A stretch of 64,000 nucleotides of DNA from Lama glama (GCA_028534125.1 CM052817.1:31498001-31562000), one strand, 5' to 3'. Counted from the stretch's first letter, positions 1 through 12,703 are shown. The notes: generated by a model not told the origin, from the sequence alone. A program made the numbers and translations.

Positions 1-3000
1 AACAGTATATGACAGACATCTTGGCAAAGCAATATAGTCTGTGCAGCATGGTCTGGATGTGCCACAATTTATTTAAGCAATTCTTTATTATTTAACACAA
101 AAATCATATTACCGTAACAGCAAGAATGAATTTTACTCCATAGACTCAAATACGCAGGAAGTGTTATTTTATATTATTGTCTTTCATTCAAATTAAATCT
201 AATCCCAAGCCCCCACCCCACCAACAGGCAGGAGATTCCGTATCACGTCGTTACTAAGGCTCCCCCACTGAATTTCACAAAGGTCTCAAGTGTCGAAAGA
301 AACGGAAGCAAAACAGAAGAGCTGACTTCCTGCATCTTCCAGACTTACTGGTTCTAACACAGCCCTAACCCCCACCCCCAGCAGTCATCCAAAACTCTAC
401 TGTGGGAATCCCACCAGGACCAAGCAGTGGTACCTGTCCTCCACCAGGTCCTGCCACCACTATGTGCCACCACCCCAAGCCCCTGCATATGGTGTCCCTT
501 CTTAATCCTTGGGAAATCTTTCCCAGGGAGAGAGATGCTGCCCTCTCCCTGCTTCCCAGAGCATACTCTCTCCATGGGTTATAAGCCAGCAGGCCAAAGA
601 ACATGAACTCAGACTGTTTCCTTTGGCCTTCAGCTTTGAACTTGGACCCAGTTGTTCTGTTCGTTTGCTTTAGATGGCCTTTAGTGGACAGAGAACCCTC
701 CACCACAGTCATAATTCCTGAGGCTTCCAATGAAGCCTTTATGAAACCAGCTGGCCCCTCTAAACGTATGAATTTTCCAGCACTGTTTCAGCCTTTTATG
801 AAAGAACCAGCACCTGCTTTGGGCCCAGCAAACACCCTGAGACAAGGGAACATAAAGGCCTTCCCTGATCGAGGAAGGCCAAAATACAAAGAACAAAATA
901 CAAGTTATTTTTTGGTCTGGATTCTTTTATGCAGTTGTAGTGGCCCAAACTCAATCCAAACCGACAACTATTATTTTATTTGGAGCCTGAAGTGATTCAC
1001 CAGGCCTCAAAATTGTGGGTATTGAAATGTCATTGCTGTGGACCCCACTTTCTGCACTGAGACCAAATTCAACAAAACTGCAGTTCTGATCAATTTCTGA
1101 ATGCAACTGAGAAATGTGACAAGTGAGGAGAACAGAGTGGATTCTGTCCCAAAAACATTTCTGTTGATACAAGAAGTATTTGTCAGAACACCAAAACAGT
1201 CATAAAAATTAATTACAGAAAGGCAACTGGAGCCCTCATTATGTATGATGAACCAGCAGGGCCTGAAAGATTGAAAAAAAAGTTCTCAGTATTAATTACG
1301 GGAGTGCCAACTCCACACATTCACAGTGAGGGTAAGCAATGGAGGTTTTGTCCCATATTCAGACGCAAGAGATCAGTAACCTAAATTGTGGCTTTCAAGA
1401 GGAAATCAGATATAAGACACCCAGAAGTAAAGAGGTCCTTCCCTCATCTCTGCTGTATTCAAGCTCCTGGGAAGGGGTGAAGGAAACAAGAAAAGGAATC
1501 TACGGCACAAAGGGCAGGCTCTGTGAAAAGAACCTCTGCTCCGATGGGTCCTTTTTATGGTATTTGTAGGTTCCCCGATGCTTTCCCTCCACAGGATATA
1601 CACTCAGACCCTAAAGGATCTGTTGACGGAAGGAAAGCAGGAAGGCATGATGAACAAATCAAGAGATGAATCAACGCATGGTGCGTATGTCCTAACGGTT
1701 CTGCGCGGCCTCTCTCCCTCTTCTAAGACACCCACTGCCAGGCACTCGGGGAAAGACAAGAGCGGCTCTACTGAGTCGTCCTGTTGGGAAGAACCACACC
1801 CCCAGGCAGAACATGAAGGAGCCCACGTGGTGAGCAGAGGGGAGCTGCCGCCCAGATGCCAGCCCGCGTGCGTCTCTCACGAGCACATCACAGAAACACC
1901 TGTTGGAGGCTAGTCAGCGCCTTTTGCGGAAGGAACGACAGGCCTCCAGAAAGATGCCTAGGACTCGTAAGTAACTTGTCATTCTGTTCCTAGATATCAA
2001 AGCCCTACTGTGAAGGGGGTTTTTCTGTCACTGCAAACACGCCGGAGGAACAGGGCTTCACAGTGTGTCTGAAGAGAGGGAAGAGGGAGATTTGGGGACC
2101 CTTAGTCCTTTCTGGAAAGGATGGATCTGGGCCAGGCTTCTAGGGAGACAGGCTTGGGTAAACCATAAAAAGAAGAAACAGGTATAAAAGAATGAAAAGT
2201 AGAAAACCAACCAACAAGCTATAAGTCTTTTGTCGGTTCTCAGTCTGGCCCTTGTCCCCTGATCACCCACTCCAAGCCTGATCCTGGACTTTCCCTGTTC
2301 TAAGGGCCCTTTCCCTCCCATCACCTGCTTCCTTTAACATGTTTCCATCGGAACCTCTTGCTGACTACCACGATGCGCCCACTTTCTTTCCTGCAGCACT
2401 TCCTCTGGTCCTCTCCTCCCCAAACTGGGACCTGGGTGCGGAGGTCAGAACTAGCTTTCCTACAGCCCCAGGAGCGACAGGCCAGCAGCCCTGAGTCCTG
2501 CCCCAGGGGACAGTCAGTGCCTGGGGCTCCTCCTAGGCCCAAATGAACAGGAGAAGGGCTCTGGATTCAGCAGCTGGCAAAAGCGTTTTTAACCCTGGAG
2601 ACATTTAAGACGTGTTAGAAGACGAACTTCAACAAAAGCCAACACAAACCACGGAGTGGGAAGACAGCAGGAGAAGACGTGGACTCTGTGAGCACGGAGA
2701 ACAGATTTTTTCCTTTCTCATCTGGCCAGGCCTGGCTCAACGCCACATGGAATCCCCACCCCTGGGCAGATGGCTGAGGGGACTCTCACAGCACATTCAC
2801 TTAGCCACACAGAGCTAGAGTCATGCACATAAAACATGCATGGCAATGAATCAGAAACTTCCGAAAACCCTAATCTAATCCCATGAGTCATAAGGGGAAT
2901 TCTCACACTTAAATAAGGATTATTTGGTTTTCGAGCACACTCCCTCCTCAAATTACCAGTTAGCTCTCAGTCAGATCACTTTGAAATCAGGCCCAAGTTT

Positions 3001-3056
3001 TCATCTTTCAGCATCTTCCCTAATTCTGAGGATTTGCTATAGTTTTCTAAAAAAAA

Positions 3057-3140
3057 TTTTTTTAACTGAGTTACTGGTGACTGAGCCCAGGACCTCACGC
3101 ATGCTAAGCACACAGTCTACCACTGAGATATACCCTCCCC
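3057..3140 (-). mobile_element. tRNA-derived SINE (Vic-1-like, camelid)
   Basis: Reverse complement begins GGGGAGGGTATATCTCAGTGGTAGACTGTGTGCTTAGCATGCGTGAGGTCCTGGG: a tRNA-like head followed by an A tail. Confidence 0.8.
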
Positions 3141-3687
3141 ACTCTATTTTTAGTTATTTAAGGAATCTCCATACAGTTTTCCATAGTTGTATCTTCTTGA
3201 AATTTATTTAAGAACAGAAATACTGTTTTATTTATGGGTTTTATACCCTCACCTACTTCTAAAACTGCTTTGCGCGGTCACACCACTGGTGCTATGACTT
3301 TTGCATCTCTTCATCCTTCTCTGGGGCTCACATGACAGGAAGTGACATGGACAGAGGAAACAGCTTTGCGTGGGTAGTGGTGGTAATGGTGTTGTTTTTA
3401 AAGAAGTGAATGAAGCATTAATGCCTCACCTCAGAATGACCACAAAAGAGTATTTGGTATATATAAGCCTCTCACTCAAACCTGGCCATGCACTGCTAGG
3501 GGGCATATAAATGGCAGCCCATTGCTCTCTCTGAGAAGTAATTTGACAGCATGCATTAGGGTCTGAAGAAGTTCATGTTAGCCTTTATCCCAGTACATTG
3601 ATTTTTACAGACCCAGTTTAAGACAGTAAGCAAGACAAGGTATCTCAGTATTTTTATACAGCCAAGATGCTTAAACAACATAATGCA

Positions 3688-3842
3688 GGGGGGAGGGTAT
3701 AGCCCAGTGTGTGCCTAGCACGCACAAGGTCCTGGGTTCAATCCTCAGTACCTCCATTAAAAATAAGTAAATAAAAACCCAATTACCTCACCCCTCCAAA
3801 AAAAATTATAAACAAATAAATTTAAAAGAAATATTTTTTTAA
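3688..3842 (+). mobile_element. tRNA-derived SINE (Vic-1-like) with target-site duplication
   Basis: GGGGAGGGTATAGC head, B-box GGGTTCAATCC and A-rich tail. TSD aaacaacataatgc (3673-3686) / aaacaacacagtgc (3843-3856). Confidence 0.85.
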
Positions 3843-4630
3843 AAACAACACAGTGCCACACAAATAAGGAAGTGATTATATAAATTATTGCACATCCACG
3901 TACCAGACGCCCGATTGTGCCCCCTGTGGCCTAGCACACTGCCGGACACATGCTAAAGTCTCAGATGATATCCGAAGAATTTACGACTGAGTGAAATATA
4001 ATGCAGTTATGAAAGTGTTTTCAAAGAATATTTAATGGCATGAGGAAATACTCAACACTCATAATATGCTGTCAAGTAAATTAAACAGGATCTAAAACAG
4101 TATATACAGCATGATTCTGGTTTTTCTGAATAGTAAAAAGACTGAAAGAAAATACATCAATTTGTTGACAGAGGTCAATTCTGGTAGATTTATGAGTAAT
4201 TTTTCTTATTAACATTTTTCGTATTTTCAAACAATTTTAAAACAATAATCACATGCTGTCATTATAATTAGAAAGAAGAAACCATTAAACCTTTTTTAAA
4301 GGCCACTCTGGGAAGCTGTATTTTGATTTCTTAAATGAATAAACAATCATCCACATTTCAAAGTTGGCTAAGCTGTGATTTGTTTAAAATCCATTCAGCT
4401 GTATTTGCTTCTGTAATTCCATTCACACACAGTACCTTCAGGTAAAGAGTATTATAGAAACCAACTCTCACCACGTTTTTAACCTCACTAGACAAATGAG
4501 TGAAGGATAATTTAGGACCACCTTCTAAGGATGATGGAAGATAACCATTAATCTCCAAAATGCCTGACATAATTAGGAAAATAAAAACATTTTCTGGATC
4601 TCCACATTCACAAAATAACCTTTTACTTAC

Positions 4631-4696
4631 TCATACTGATCTAAGTTGTTTGACTTCTTTCCTGTTACATAATTACTTGGGATATATCCTTCCCTC
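4631..4696 (-). CDS. TEC: TEC exon 8, SH3 C-part: (G)REGYIPSNYVTGKKSNNLDQY(E/D)
   Basis: 66 nt; GYIPSNYV SH3 motif; acceptor tttctag|, donor GA|GTAAGT; symmetric phase 2-2. Confidence 0.96.
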
Positions 4697-5139
4697 CTAG
4701 AAATAAGAAAAATACTTTAGAAAAACTGAAATTATTTTACTGACAGATTATTAAAAGAAAAATTATTCCCTTTCTGAAATAATTAAAGTGTAATATTGCC
4801 GGAAGTCTAGGTGACTCCCAATAATCCAACAGATCTATAGCATTTGATGCTTTTCAAAGGTGTTCCTCATTTGATCCTCACAAAAATTCTGAGGTAGCAG
4901 GTACTGGTGGGGAAACCAGGACTTAGAAAGGATTAAGGGACTTTCTCAAAGTCCCAAAGCCAGCCAGCAACAGGGCCAGAACCTGAACTCTGAACTTGTG
5001 ACTAGGTTCAGAGTCCTCCCTAATATTCCATGATGCTTCTCTTGAATTCATAATTTCTTGGGATGTTTTAAAGAAACCACTACTTCAGAAAATGTGACAT
5101 GTTGGGTAAAAACACCCATCACTCCAATACTTGGTCTGC

Positions 5140-5325
5140 GCAGTGCGCTGTTTCATGGCAGGTGACCCCTGACCTCTACAGCAGTGTCATCGGGGGCACT
5201 TGTCAAAAAGGCAACTCCTGGGTCCTACCCCAAGGGAGCTAACTGAGAAGGCCTGTGTGGGGCTGAGGAATCTTGTATTTCACCCCAGGTGACTCCTAAG
5301 CACATCACAGTTTAAGAAGCAATCT
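5140..5325. mobile_element. MER5-like hAT-Charlie DNA transposon relic
   Basis: Resembles the MER5A consensus (ctcctgggtcctacccc...gaatcttgtattt...ccccaggtgactc...agtttaagaagca). Confidence 0.6.
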
Positions 5326-5439
5326 CAGTAGGTAGAATCTTGGTTGGCGCTAAGACTTTTAGCATAAAAGAGATACGTGTATAAAATTTCTAAGTTGAGT
5401 AAAAGCCTTGTAATATTAAATGTGAACTATTACTAAGAA

Positions 5440-7265
5440 CTCATAACACACACACAAGTGCACGTACATGGCTCTGCTGCCCTGAGAAAGGCCTAGAATC
5501 AATGACAACCCAGCAGCAGCTAGAAGCCCCCAACTGCTATCTTCAAATACTACCCCGGCTGAAAGGGGCCAGCACTCCCTGGGGAAGCGGCACATCGCGG
5601 GTCTGGCCGGGAAACTACAGGGTGACCTTGAGCCATTTCATTTTATTCAGGAAACAGGGAGGCTGAGAAAGAAAAACTAAAGGGGTTCCCCAATCAAAAA
5701 CGGCCACCACTGACCTAAGATGTGACAATTCAGGCAAAAAGCAAAATGACTGCAACAGACTGAAACTCTAAGAACACTTAGAACATGATTGGTTCCCAAT
5801 GTTATCAACAGAGGAAGCTCCGTCATCAACTTGTGATTCTGACAAGCGGTAAAGAGGAAGGATCCAAATCTTATCTTGCCTCTCCTGTGTGAACTAAATG
5901 AACTGCTTCCTGAGGCAGGGCTTCTTTAGAGAATTAATAAATGCAGATGGAATGACACAATTAGAAACTCACCATTCTGTTATCCCTAATGAAATATGGA
6001 TCTAAGGAATGGTCATTAGGTGCAACGCTGATGAAGAACTTTATGACGGAGGAATGAGGTTGACACCAGAACCACTGAGCAATCCTGGCATCATTAGAAG
6101 TAGGACAGCCTGACGCCGGCTTCTAATGTGATCAAGCCTGCAGATCACAGTTTTTGAGAAATGCAGGACACAGTGACATATTAAATGACACCATGTGCTT
6201 CCACACAAGTAGCTTAATCTAGACTGTGGCTCATTTCATAGAGTAAATGACCTGGTTTCATCAATAAATCGGAAACTATAAATTAAAAAAAAAAAGGATG
6301 AGGACTATTGTGGAATAACAAAGGTACATAAGAGATACAGCAGCCAAAATGCAAGGTGTGGACCTTAATCTTGATTAAACTTTAAAGATACGTACTTGAG
6401 CTAGTCGGGGTAACGAGAATTACATAGCTGGTGCCACCCTTAGACCTAGGCCAGAGTGGCCCCTGCTGTAACCCCGTGCTTTCAAGATGCTGAAACCCAT
6501 GATCCCTCAGCCCTCCTCTGGACCATCATCTAGGTAACTAGGAGCCCAGAATTCTCTGCCCACTGCCAAGGCCTACCTGGGCCTTTCCACTAGGTTTCAT
6601 CCACTGAAAAGCAAATGATGCTGGTCATGTGCACCCCTCCAGCCCAGGTCCAAGGAGTGGCCAAGCTGGGGGGTGGTTTTTGCAAGCAACATGGACAGAG
6701 CTTGGATGTGTGGCCAGGAGAGCCACATGGTGCATGTGAGATGGAGCCTGGACAGAAGGGGAGAGAGAAGGGAGGCACCCCAGGAAGCCAGCCTTCTGTG
6801 CCCTGTCACATTCTGACAGGGAACTCTAATTCACATCTTGCCTTCCTTGTCGTTTTCAAGGTATGTTTGTCAAGTTAGAGGTGAAATTGTACTTATCAGT
6901 TTGTTACTTGTTACTTATAACTTCTAAATATTTAGACATACAATGTCTAGGCTTTCATTTGTACTCTTCTTCTAGTCCCAAAATATTGGGGGAAGTCAGA
7001 GACAGTATTTTTTTTAACTATCATTAAGTATGATACTAACACAACAGCTATTTTTAAAAAAATCTTTAGCAGTTAGACTTAGGGGGTGAAATGGCATGAT
7101 GATTTGAATTGACTTTTAAATACTCGAAAAAACAAACTGGGAGGACTGGATAAATCAAGGCTGGAAAATGTGGGTAATTTCTAAAGTCAAGTGACAAGAG
7201 ACTCTATTATACTGCTGTGTACTTTCATGGACATTTGAAAATTTCTGTAATAAAAAGTTAAAATC
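5440..7265 (+). mobile_element. Old L1 (L1MC/MD-type) 3' region, probably interrupted at ~6430-6995 by a hAT-Tip100-like element
   Basis: Ends in a typical old-L1 3' terminus (actttcatggacatttgaaaatttctgtaataaaaag). Boundaries approximate. Confidence 0.5.
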
Positions 7266-7795
7266 AATCTTCTATAGTGTTTGGCAAAAAAACACAAAAC
7301 AAACAAACAAACAAAAAACAGTGATGACCTTCTTGTAAACATAGATTAAAAGGGTCCCCAAAAGGTAATACTGCACAGCAAACAAGCACTCAGCAGATCC
7401 ACCACTGCTGAGAAGTAAGCAGAAGACACAGACCCTGCCTGATGCAGAGGCTTCCATTACTTCTCCAGAATTGACCAGAGGAACACAGAACTGGAGCTGG
7501 GGGTGGGGCAGGAGGTGAGAAAGAAGACTAGCAGGGAGGGTGTGCTCTGAACAGGACAAAGAGGCCTCCTCTTCTTATTCACAGGAACTTAAAATATAAA
7601 CAGGATCATATGTCAGAGGTAAGCATGGGATAGAGTTTTCTTAATGAAGCCTTAGATACTTATCCCCTATGTTTATCCACATTTACCCATATGTACCAAT
7701 AAAAAGGTTGAAAGGACTGTCCCCTTTAAATCCTAAATTAGTATGTATAAATAATTCTCATTTTTAAATTTACTGAATGTATGTATTTTAGACTA

Positions 7796-7796
<1 letters not shown>

Positions 7797-7834
<38 letters not shown>
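7797..7834 (+). repeat. (AC)19 microsatellite
   Basis: Directly visible. Confidence 0.95.
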
Positions 7835-7836
<2 letters not shown>

Positions 7837-8177
7837 CCTCTCTCGGACAAATCTAAGATTACTTATTTACCTGGGGCGGGGGGATGGGAACCTAAAATGT
7901 AATTTCCCCCAAGATCAAAACAATCCAGTTAAACATACAATGGATGAGGAAAAAAAACATAAAATGGATTGTAATTTCTGGAAAGAAGTGGTTAATCCAT
8001 CTACATTTATTGAGTCACTACTAAGAATGCATTGTGTTACTGCAAAGTAACGTGCACTTTAATTTACAGCTGCTGAACTAGTCTCATTAAATGATAGTTA
8101 CAGATTATCCTCTTCTCAACTCAGTATTTAACTCCCAGCCACCCACTGTGTATCATCCACAGAGAGGGAATACGTAC

Positions 8178-8350
8178 CCATATTTATCTCTTGCTTTCCA
8201 CCAATGAACATCATTCTTTTCTAATATGATATACTCCTGACCTCTCTCTAATCTGAGATCGTGAGGTTCTGTTGCTTGAAAATCATACATGGCTACAACT
8301 ATTTCTTCACTATTATCTTCTTCAGGCGGAATTGGTGGGGGAGGCCTTCG
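8178..8350 (-). CDS. TEC: TEC exon 7, proline-rich region and SH3 N-part: [57 protein letters not shown](G)
   Basis: 173 nt; SH3 AMYDF and WW motifs; acceptor tttctcag|, donor GG|GTACGT; phase 0-2. Confidence 0.97.
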
Positions 8351-8739
8351 CTGAGAAAAACAGATAACGTGTAAAAGTTTAGTCTTCTGTTTGAAACTGG
8401 GTGTGAAGTTCAACACTAAACGATGCACACATCACCACAGAATACAGCCTACCTAAGGTAATCTGGTGAGCCCTCCCATGAGTTTGGTGATGACGATGCT
8501 ACTGGACCTCTCATGGGTTTCAGAATATAGGACAAGAGCAAAAGCTGTCTTTAAACACCAAAAGGCATCTGCTCAGTATCAGGGCTAGCTTTCCAGGGAG
8601 AGGCAAGGGTAGCGCGAGTAGAAACCAGAAGGACTAAAGGCAGACCCACCATTTAATAGTCTGCAGTGGGAAAGCGCACTACAGAGTAGTCTCTCATCAG
8701 GCCTCCTCCCACTCCAAGGAATTTGCACTTCTTTGTGCC

Positions 8740-8940
8740 TACTATGTGCAAGGCACACTCGTAGTACCTAGCACACTTTTTGTCATTTATTCTTAATACT
8801 GAGCCCATGAAGTAGGGTATATAATTCCCATTTTACAACTGAGGAAACAATGGCTTAAGTAACCCACCATATCAGATTCACATTGGATCAAGTCCTGTCT
8901 GGGTCCAGAGTACATGCATTTTCTGCCATACTCCACTCTT
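8740..8940. mobile_element. MIR SINE
   Basis: Core ccccattttacaactgaggaaaca. Confidence 0.65.
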
Positions 8941-9253
8941 CCAAGGCATATCATTTAATCACTGAAGTCACTCCTTTGCCACAATACTGTGGTCCTAAGA
9001 CTGAAATATTCCTTAAAAGATCCACACTTCCTGTGTAATTCTTGAAGCCAAAATCTGGCAAAATGCAAGATGATAAAGAGGGTCCCCAATGATATATAAT
9101 CCAATTAAATGATAAAGCTTGACACAAAGAAAAAACCCAGTAAGCCATAGTATATCCATTTCTGATATGTTCCTTGCAGTGGGGAGCACTGCATGAATAA
9201 TATAAACATACTTGATAAACTGCAAATGCTTCCAAAGGTTAAAAACCACTTAC

Positions 9254-9300
9254 CTTCTTTATTTCTGGTGCTGGTGTTCGAGGTAGTGCTTTTCTTATAC
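9254..9300 (-). CDS. TEC: TEC exon 6, proline-rich region: (S)IRKALPRTPAPEIKK
   Basis: 47 nt; acceptor ttttcag|, donor AAG|GTAAGT; phase 1-0 restores the frame. Confidence 0.95.
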
Positions 9301-9542
9301 CTGAAAATAACAACAACAACAAAAATAGGTCAAAATTCCACCCACCAATGACTGACACTTTTAAGGAAAAATAAAAACGAAACCGTAACGAGAAGCCCAC
9401 TCTGACTCTCTCACTGTGGGGCACGTTGCTTGTATTACTATTTTAGAACAGAACTTTAAAATGCAAGCTGGTTTGTCCTTCTGCCTTCCTAAATTGACTG
9501 TAAAAGCCATAGGGATTAGGAGGCCCGTGTTTCATGCTTTGT

Positions 9543-10206
9543 AAACAAGTGGGACTATATCAAATAAAAAAACTTCTGCTCAACAAAGGAAACCATCCGC
9601 AAAATGAAAAGGCAGTCTACAGAAGGGGAGAAAATCACTGTAAATCACCTATCTGACAAGCGGTTAATATTCAAAGTATACAAGGAACTCATACAACTCA
9701 GTAGCAAAAAAAAAAAAAAAGAAAAAAGAAAAGAAAAAGTAAATATATAACAATTAAAAATGGGCAAAGGACATAAAGAGACTTTTTAAAGAGGACATAC
9801 AAATAGCCAACAGGTATATAAACAGGTACTCAAAATAACTAATAATCAGGGAAATTCAAATAAAATTATATTATCAACTCATACGTATTAGGGTGACAAT
9901 TATCAAAAACACAAGTGGTAACAAATGCTGGTGAGGATGTAGAGAAAAGGGAACCCTTGTGCACTGCTGTTGGGAATGTAAACTGGTGTGACCACTATGG
10001 AAAAGAGTATGGAGGTGCCTCAAAAAGTTAAAAATAGAACTACCATATAATCCAGCAATCCCACCTCTGGGTATATACATAAAGGAAACAAAATCAGTAC
10101 CTCAAAGAGATATTTGTACTCTCATGTTCCCTGCAGCATTATTCACATGGTATGGAAACATCCTAAGAGTCCATCAACAGATGAATGGATAAAGGAAATG
10201 TGGTGT

Positions 10207-10254
<48 letters not shown>

Positions 10255-10860
10255 GAATATTATTCAGCCTTTAAAAAAGAAAAGAAGGAAATCCTGTCAT
10301 TTGCAACAACATGGATGAACTTGGAGGGCATTATGCTAAGTGAAATAAGCCAGACAGAGAAGGATAAATACCACATGGTATCACTTATCTGTGTAATCTT
10401 AAAAAAAAAAAAAGTCAAATTCATAAAAATAGAGTAGAAAAATGGTTGCCAGGGGCTGGTAGGGAGGGTAGAGGAAATAGAGATGCCAGTAAAAGGGTAT
10501 AAACTTTTAGTTATAAGATTAATAAGGTATGTTAATTATAACTCAATTTAAATCTATATATAGCAGAAAAAAAGATAAATGAGGTCTGAGTATCTAATGT
10601 ATTACATGGAGACTTGAATTGATAACACCGTGACGTACAACTTAAGTTTACTAAGAGAGTAGAATTTAAATGTTCTCTCACACGCACACGCACACGCACA
10701 CACACACACAAAGGTACACGTATGAGGTGATGGTGTTAATTAACTTGATAGGAGGAATCCTTTCCAACGGGTAAGGATATTCAATCATCACATTGTAAAA
10801 TTGTTAAACGTTACAGTTTTGTTAAGTATACCTCAGTAAGGCTGGGGACAAAAAGAAAAA
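9543..10860 (+). mobile_element. L1 3' fragment (decayed ORF2 C-terminus plus 3' UTR) containing (AC)21 at 10209-10250
   Basis: ORF2-like peptides PSTDEWIKEMW and SFATTWMNLEGIMLSEISQ. Confidence 0.9.
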
Positions 10861-11157
10861 GAGAAAAGCTGTTGAGAGTGCTAAACTAGGCTCACACTTG
10901 TAACAGTCATTTTTAGCAGGTTTTCATATTGTGATAAAAACTCCCAATGACAGACCTCTTGAGTCCACGAGACGGTCACACTGCTAACTAAATGAAATTA
11001 TTCTTACAAAGTACATCTACCCTGCATTTATGCTGTGCTAGAAAGTGTGAAAGCCATATTTAACCAACATAAAAATCAAAATCATGTCATTTTCTTGCTA
11101 TACCAATAATATGTACATCCTGAGCATAATAAAGTACAGAATAAAAGGAATACTCAC

Positions 11158-11286
11158 TACTCTCAAAAAGATTATATTTTTCACATCCAGGTGCTAGTTT
11201 TTCAGTTTGTCTGCAACACTGATAACTTCCATCTGTCCAAAATTTAGGATGATATTTGATCATAATATTATTGTTGTTCTTTATTT
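11158..11286 (-). CDS. TEC: TEC exon 5, Btk zinc-binding motif: (E)[42 protein letters not shown](S)
   Basis: 129 nt; H..CC..C zinc ligands; acceptor ttacag|, donor A|GTGAGT; phase 1-1. Confidence 0.97.
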
Positions 11287-11958
11287 CTGTAAGTCATAGA
11301 CACATAAAGTGATTAGAGAAATAAAACAGAGATGACAGAATGTTTCATTAAGTAACACTGTTGGTCATTTTTTCTTTCTTAGATACCATGTTTATTATAA
11401 CGACACTCTCATAACATTAGGGTGTTATCACACTCAGAAAATTCACATGGTTTTCTTTCACTTCTTTTTTTTTTTTTTTTTTTTGGTGAGGGTCCCTGGT
11501 TGGCAGAAGTGAACTCTGCTGCACCATGATGGATAAACAGAAAAGTCAGCCCACCACGATTTTGTTCTGCAGAAGAAGCGATGAAGATTGTGCAGGACAA
11601 ATCACCGATTAATACACTTTACACATAAGTCAGTTCATCCAAAACACATGTTGACTTCATAGGCAATGTCTTAGAAAATACCAAATTCTGCTATCATAGA
11701 GGCCCAGTGCTTAGTCACCTCCTATTGTGTTACATGTTAAATGAAAGCATGTTTTTCTTAGAAACTTAGCAACCAAATTATAAAAAAGGAAGGACACATC
11801 TCCGATACGTCTCTTACAGTAACAGAATTTCCTTGGAGAAACACTGTAGACTGAAAGATTAGAAATGCAGAGCACACTAGCCGTGTTTATATTTTAGTGA
11901 TAACAATGTTATATCTTAACATTTTAAACAGATTAATATTTTAATATATGAGTTTTAC

Positions 11959-12040
11959 CTTCTTTCAATTTCTTCACCCACCGATCCCTGCTTTGTGCAC
12001 TGGGTGCAAAAATGTAAAGTGTGTTAGCATCATGCACAAC
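11959..12040 (-). CDS. TEC: TEC exon 4, PH domain C-terminus: [27 protein letters not shown]
   Basis: 82 nt; acceptor ttatttcag|, donor G|GTAAAA; contains the conserved PH-domain Trp helix; phase 0-1. Confidence 0.97.
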
Positions 12041-12703
12041 CTGAAATAAAACAAAAGATGGGATAGGTGAAAAATACTTCGACACGGCACTTCTGCCCAG
12101 CACAGGGCCCTTGGCACCACAGGTGCCAATAAAGGATTCTGAAACGACTGAGTAAAAGTCAATTACTTCTGATCCAAACAACCTAGGTTCCCTTCTTACA
12201 AAAGTACATCTGTTTCTTCATGTCTACATCAAGTGAGATACATATTTTGCAAAGAACTGTGTTTTTATAAAAGAAAAATATATATACAGAGGACAGGATG
12301 CTTTGCCAGTCTCGTCGTTTCTTTGGATCTAATTAACTAAAGTTCCTCAGGTGCACTTGGTACAAGGATTACTCCAACCCAATACTTTTCTAAATAATAT
12401 TTTAAATGAATGGACTACTCCTTCCATATCACTCCTGACCTTCCTTCTGCCACTATAAGTAATCGGAGTATCTAGCTTTATTAAACTCTATACTTCGTAC
12501 TTTACAGACATGAACTCAATTAATCCTGCCATCAAGGTGTTGGCATTTCCATCATACAGAGGAGGAGACGAGCCATCCACAGATCCTCTACTCCTATACA
12601 GAACTCCAGGAGGCACCATTCATACAGAATGCACTGGAAATGGTGCCCTTAATTTATCTGCCCATCAGCATTTGGCTGTTCATCCAGAAAGCCAGGATCC
12701 TGA

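Noticed and set aside
354..730. Pro/Gly-rich ORFs near the left end as TEC exon 9 or a retrogene
   Set aside because: No SH2 start (WY..N) in these frames and no recognisable homology; the content is compositional only.
3057..3842. tRNA genes
   Set aside because: The tRNA-like heads have degenerate boxes, A-rich tails and a TSD, so they are SINEs.
8153..8177. Read-through of exon 7 (YVFPLCG*) as a truncated isoform
   Set aside because: This is ordinary ORF run-on past a valid donor, with no sequence evidence of use.
12612..12647. Hairpin ggcaccatt...aatggtgcc as a miRNA precursor
   Set aside because: It resembles the internal palindrome of MER91-type hAT relics, and the stem is too short.
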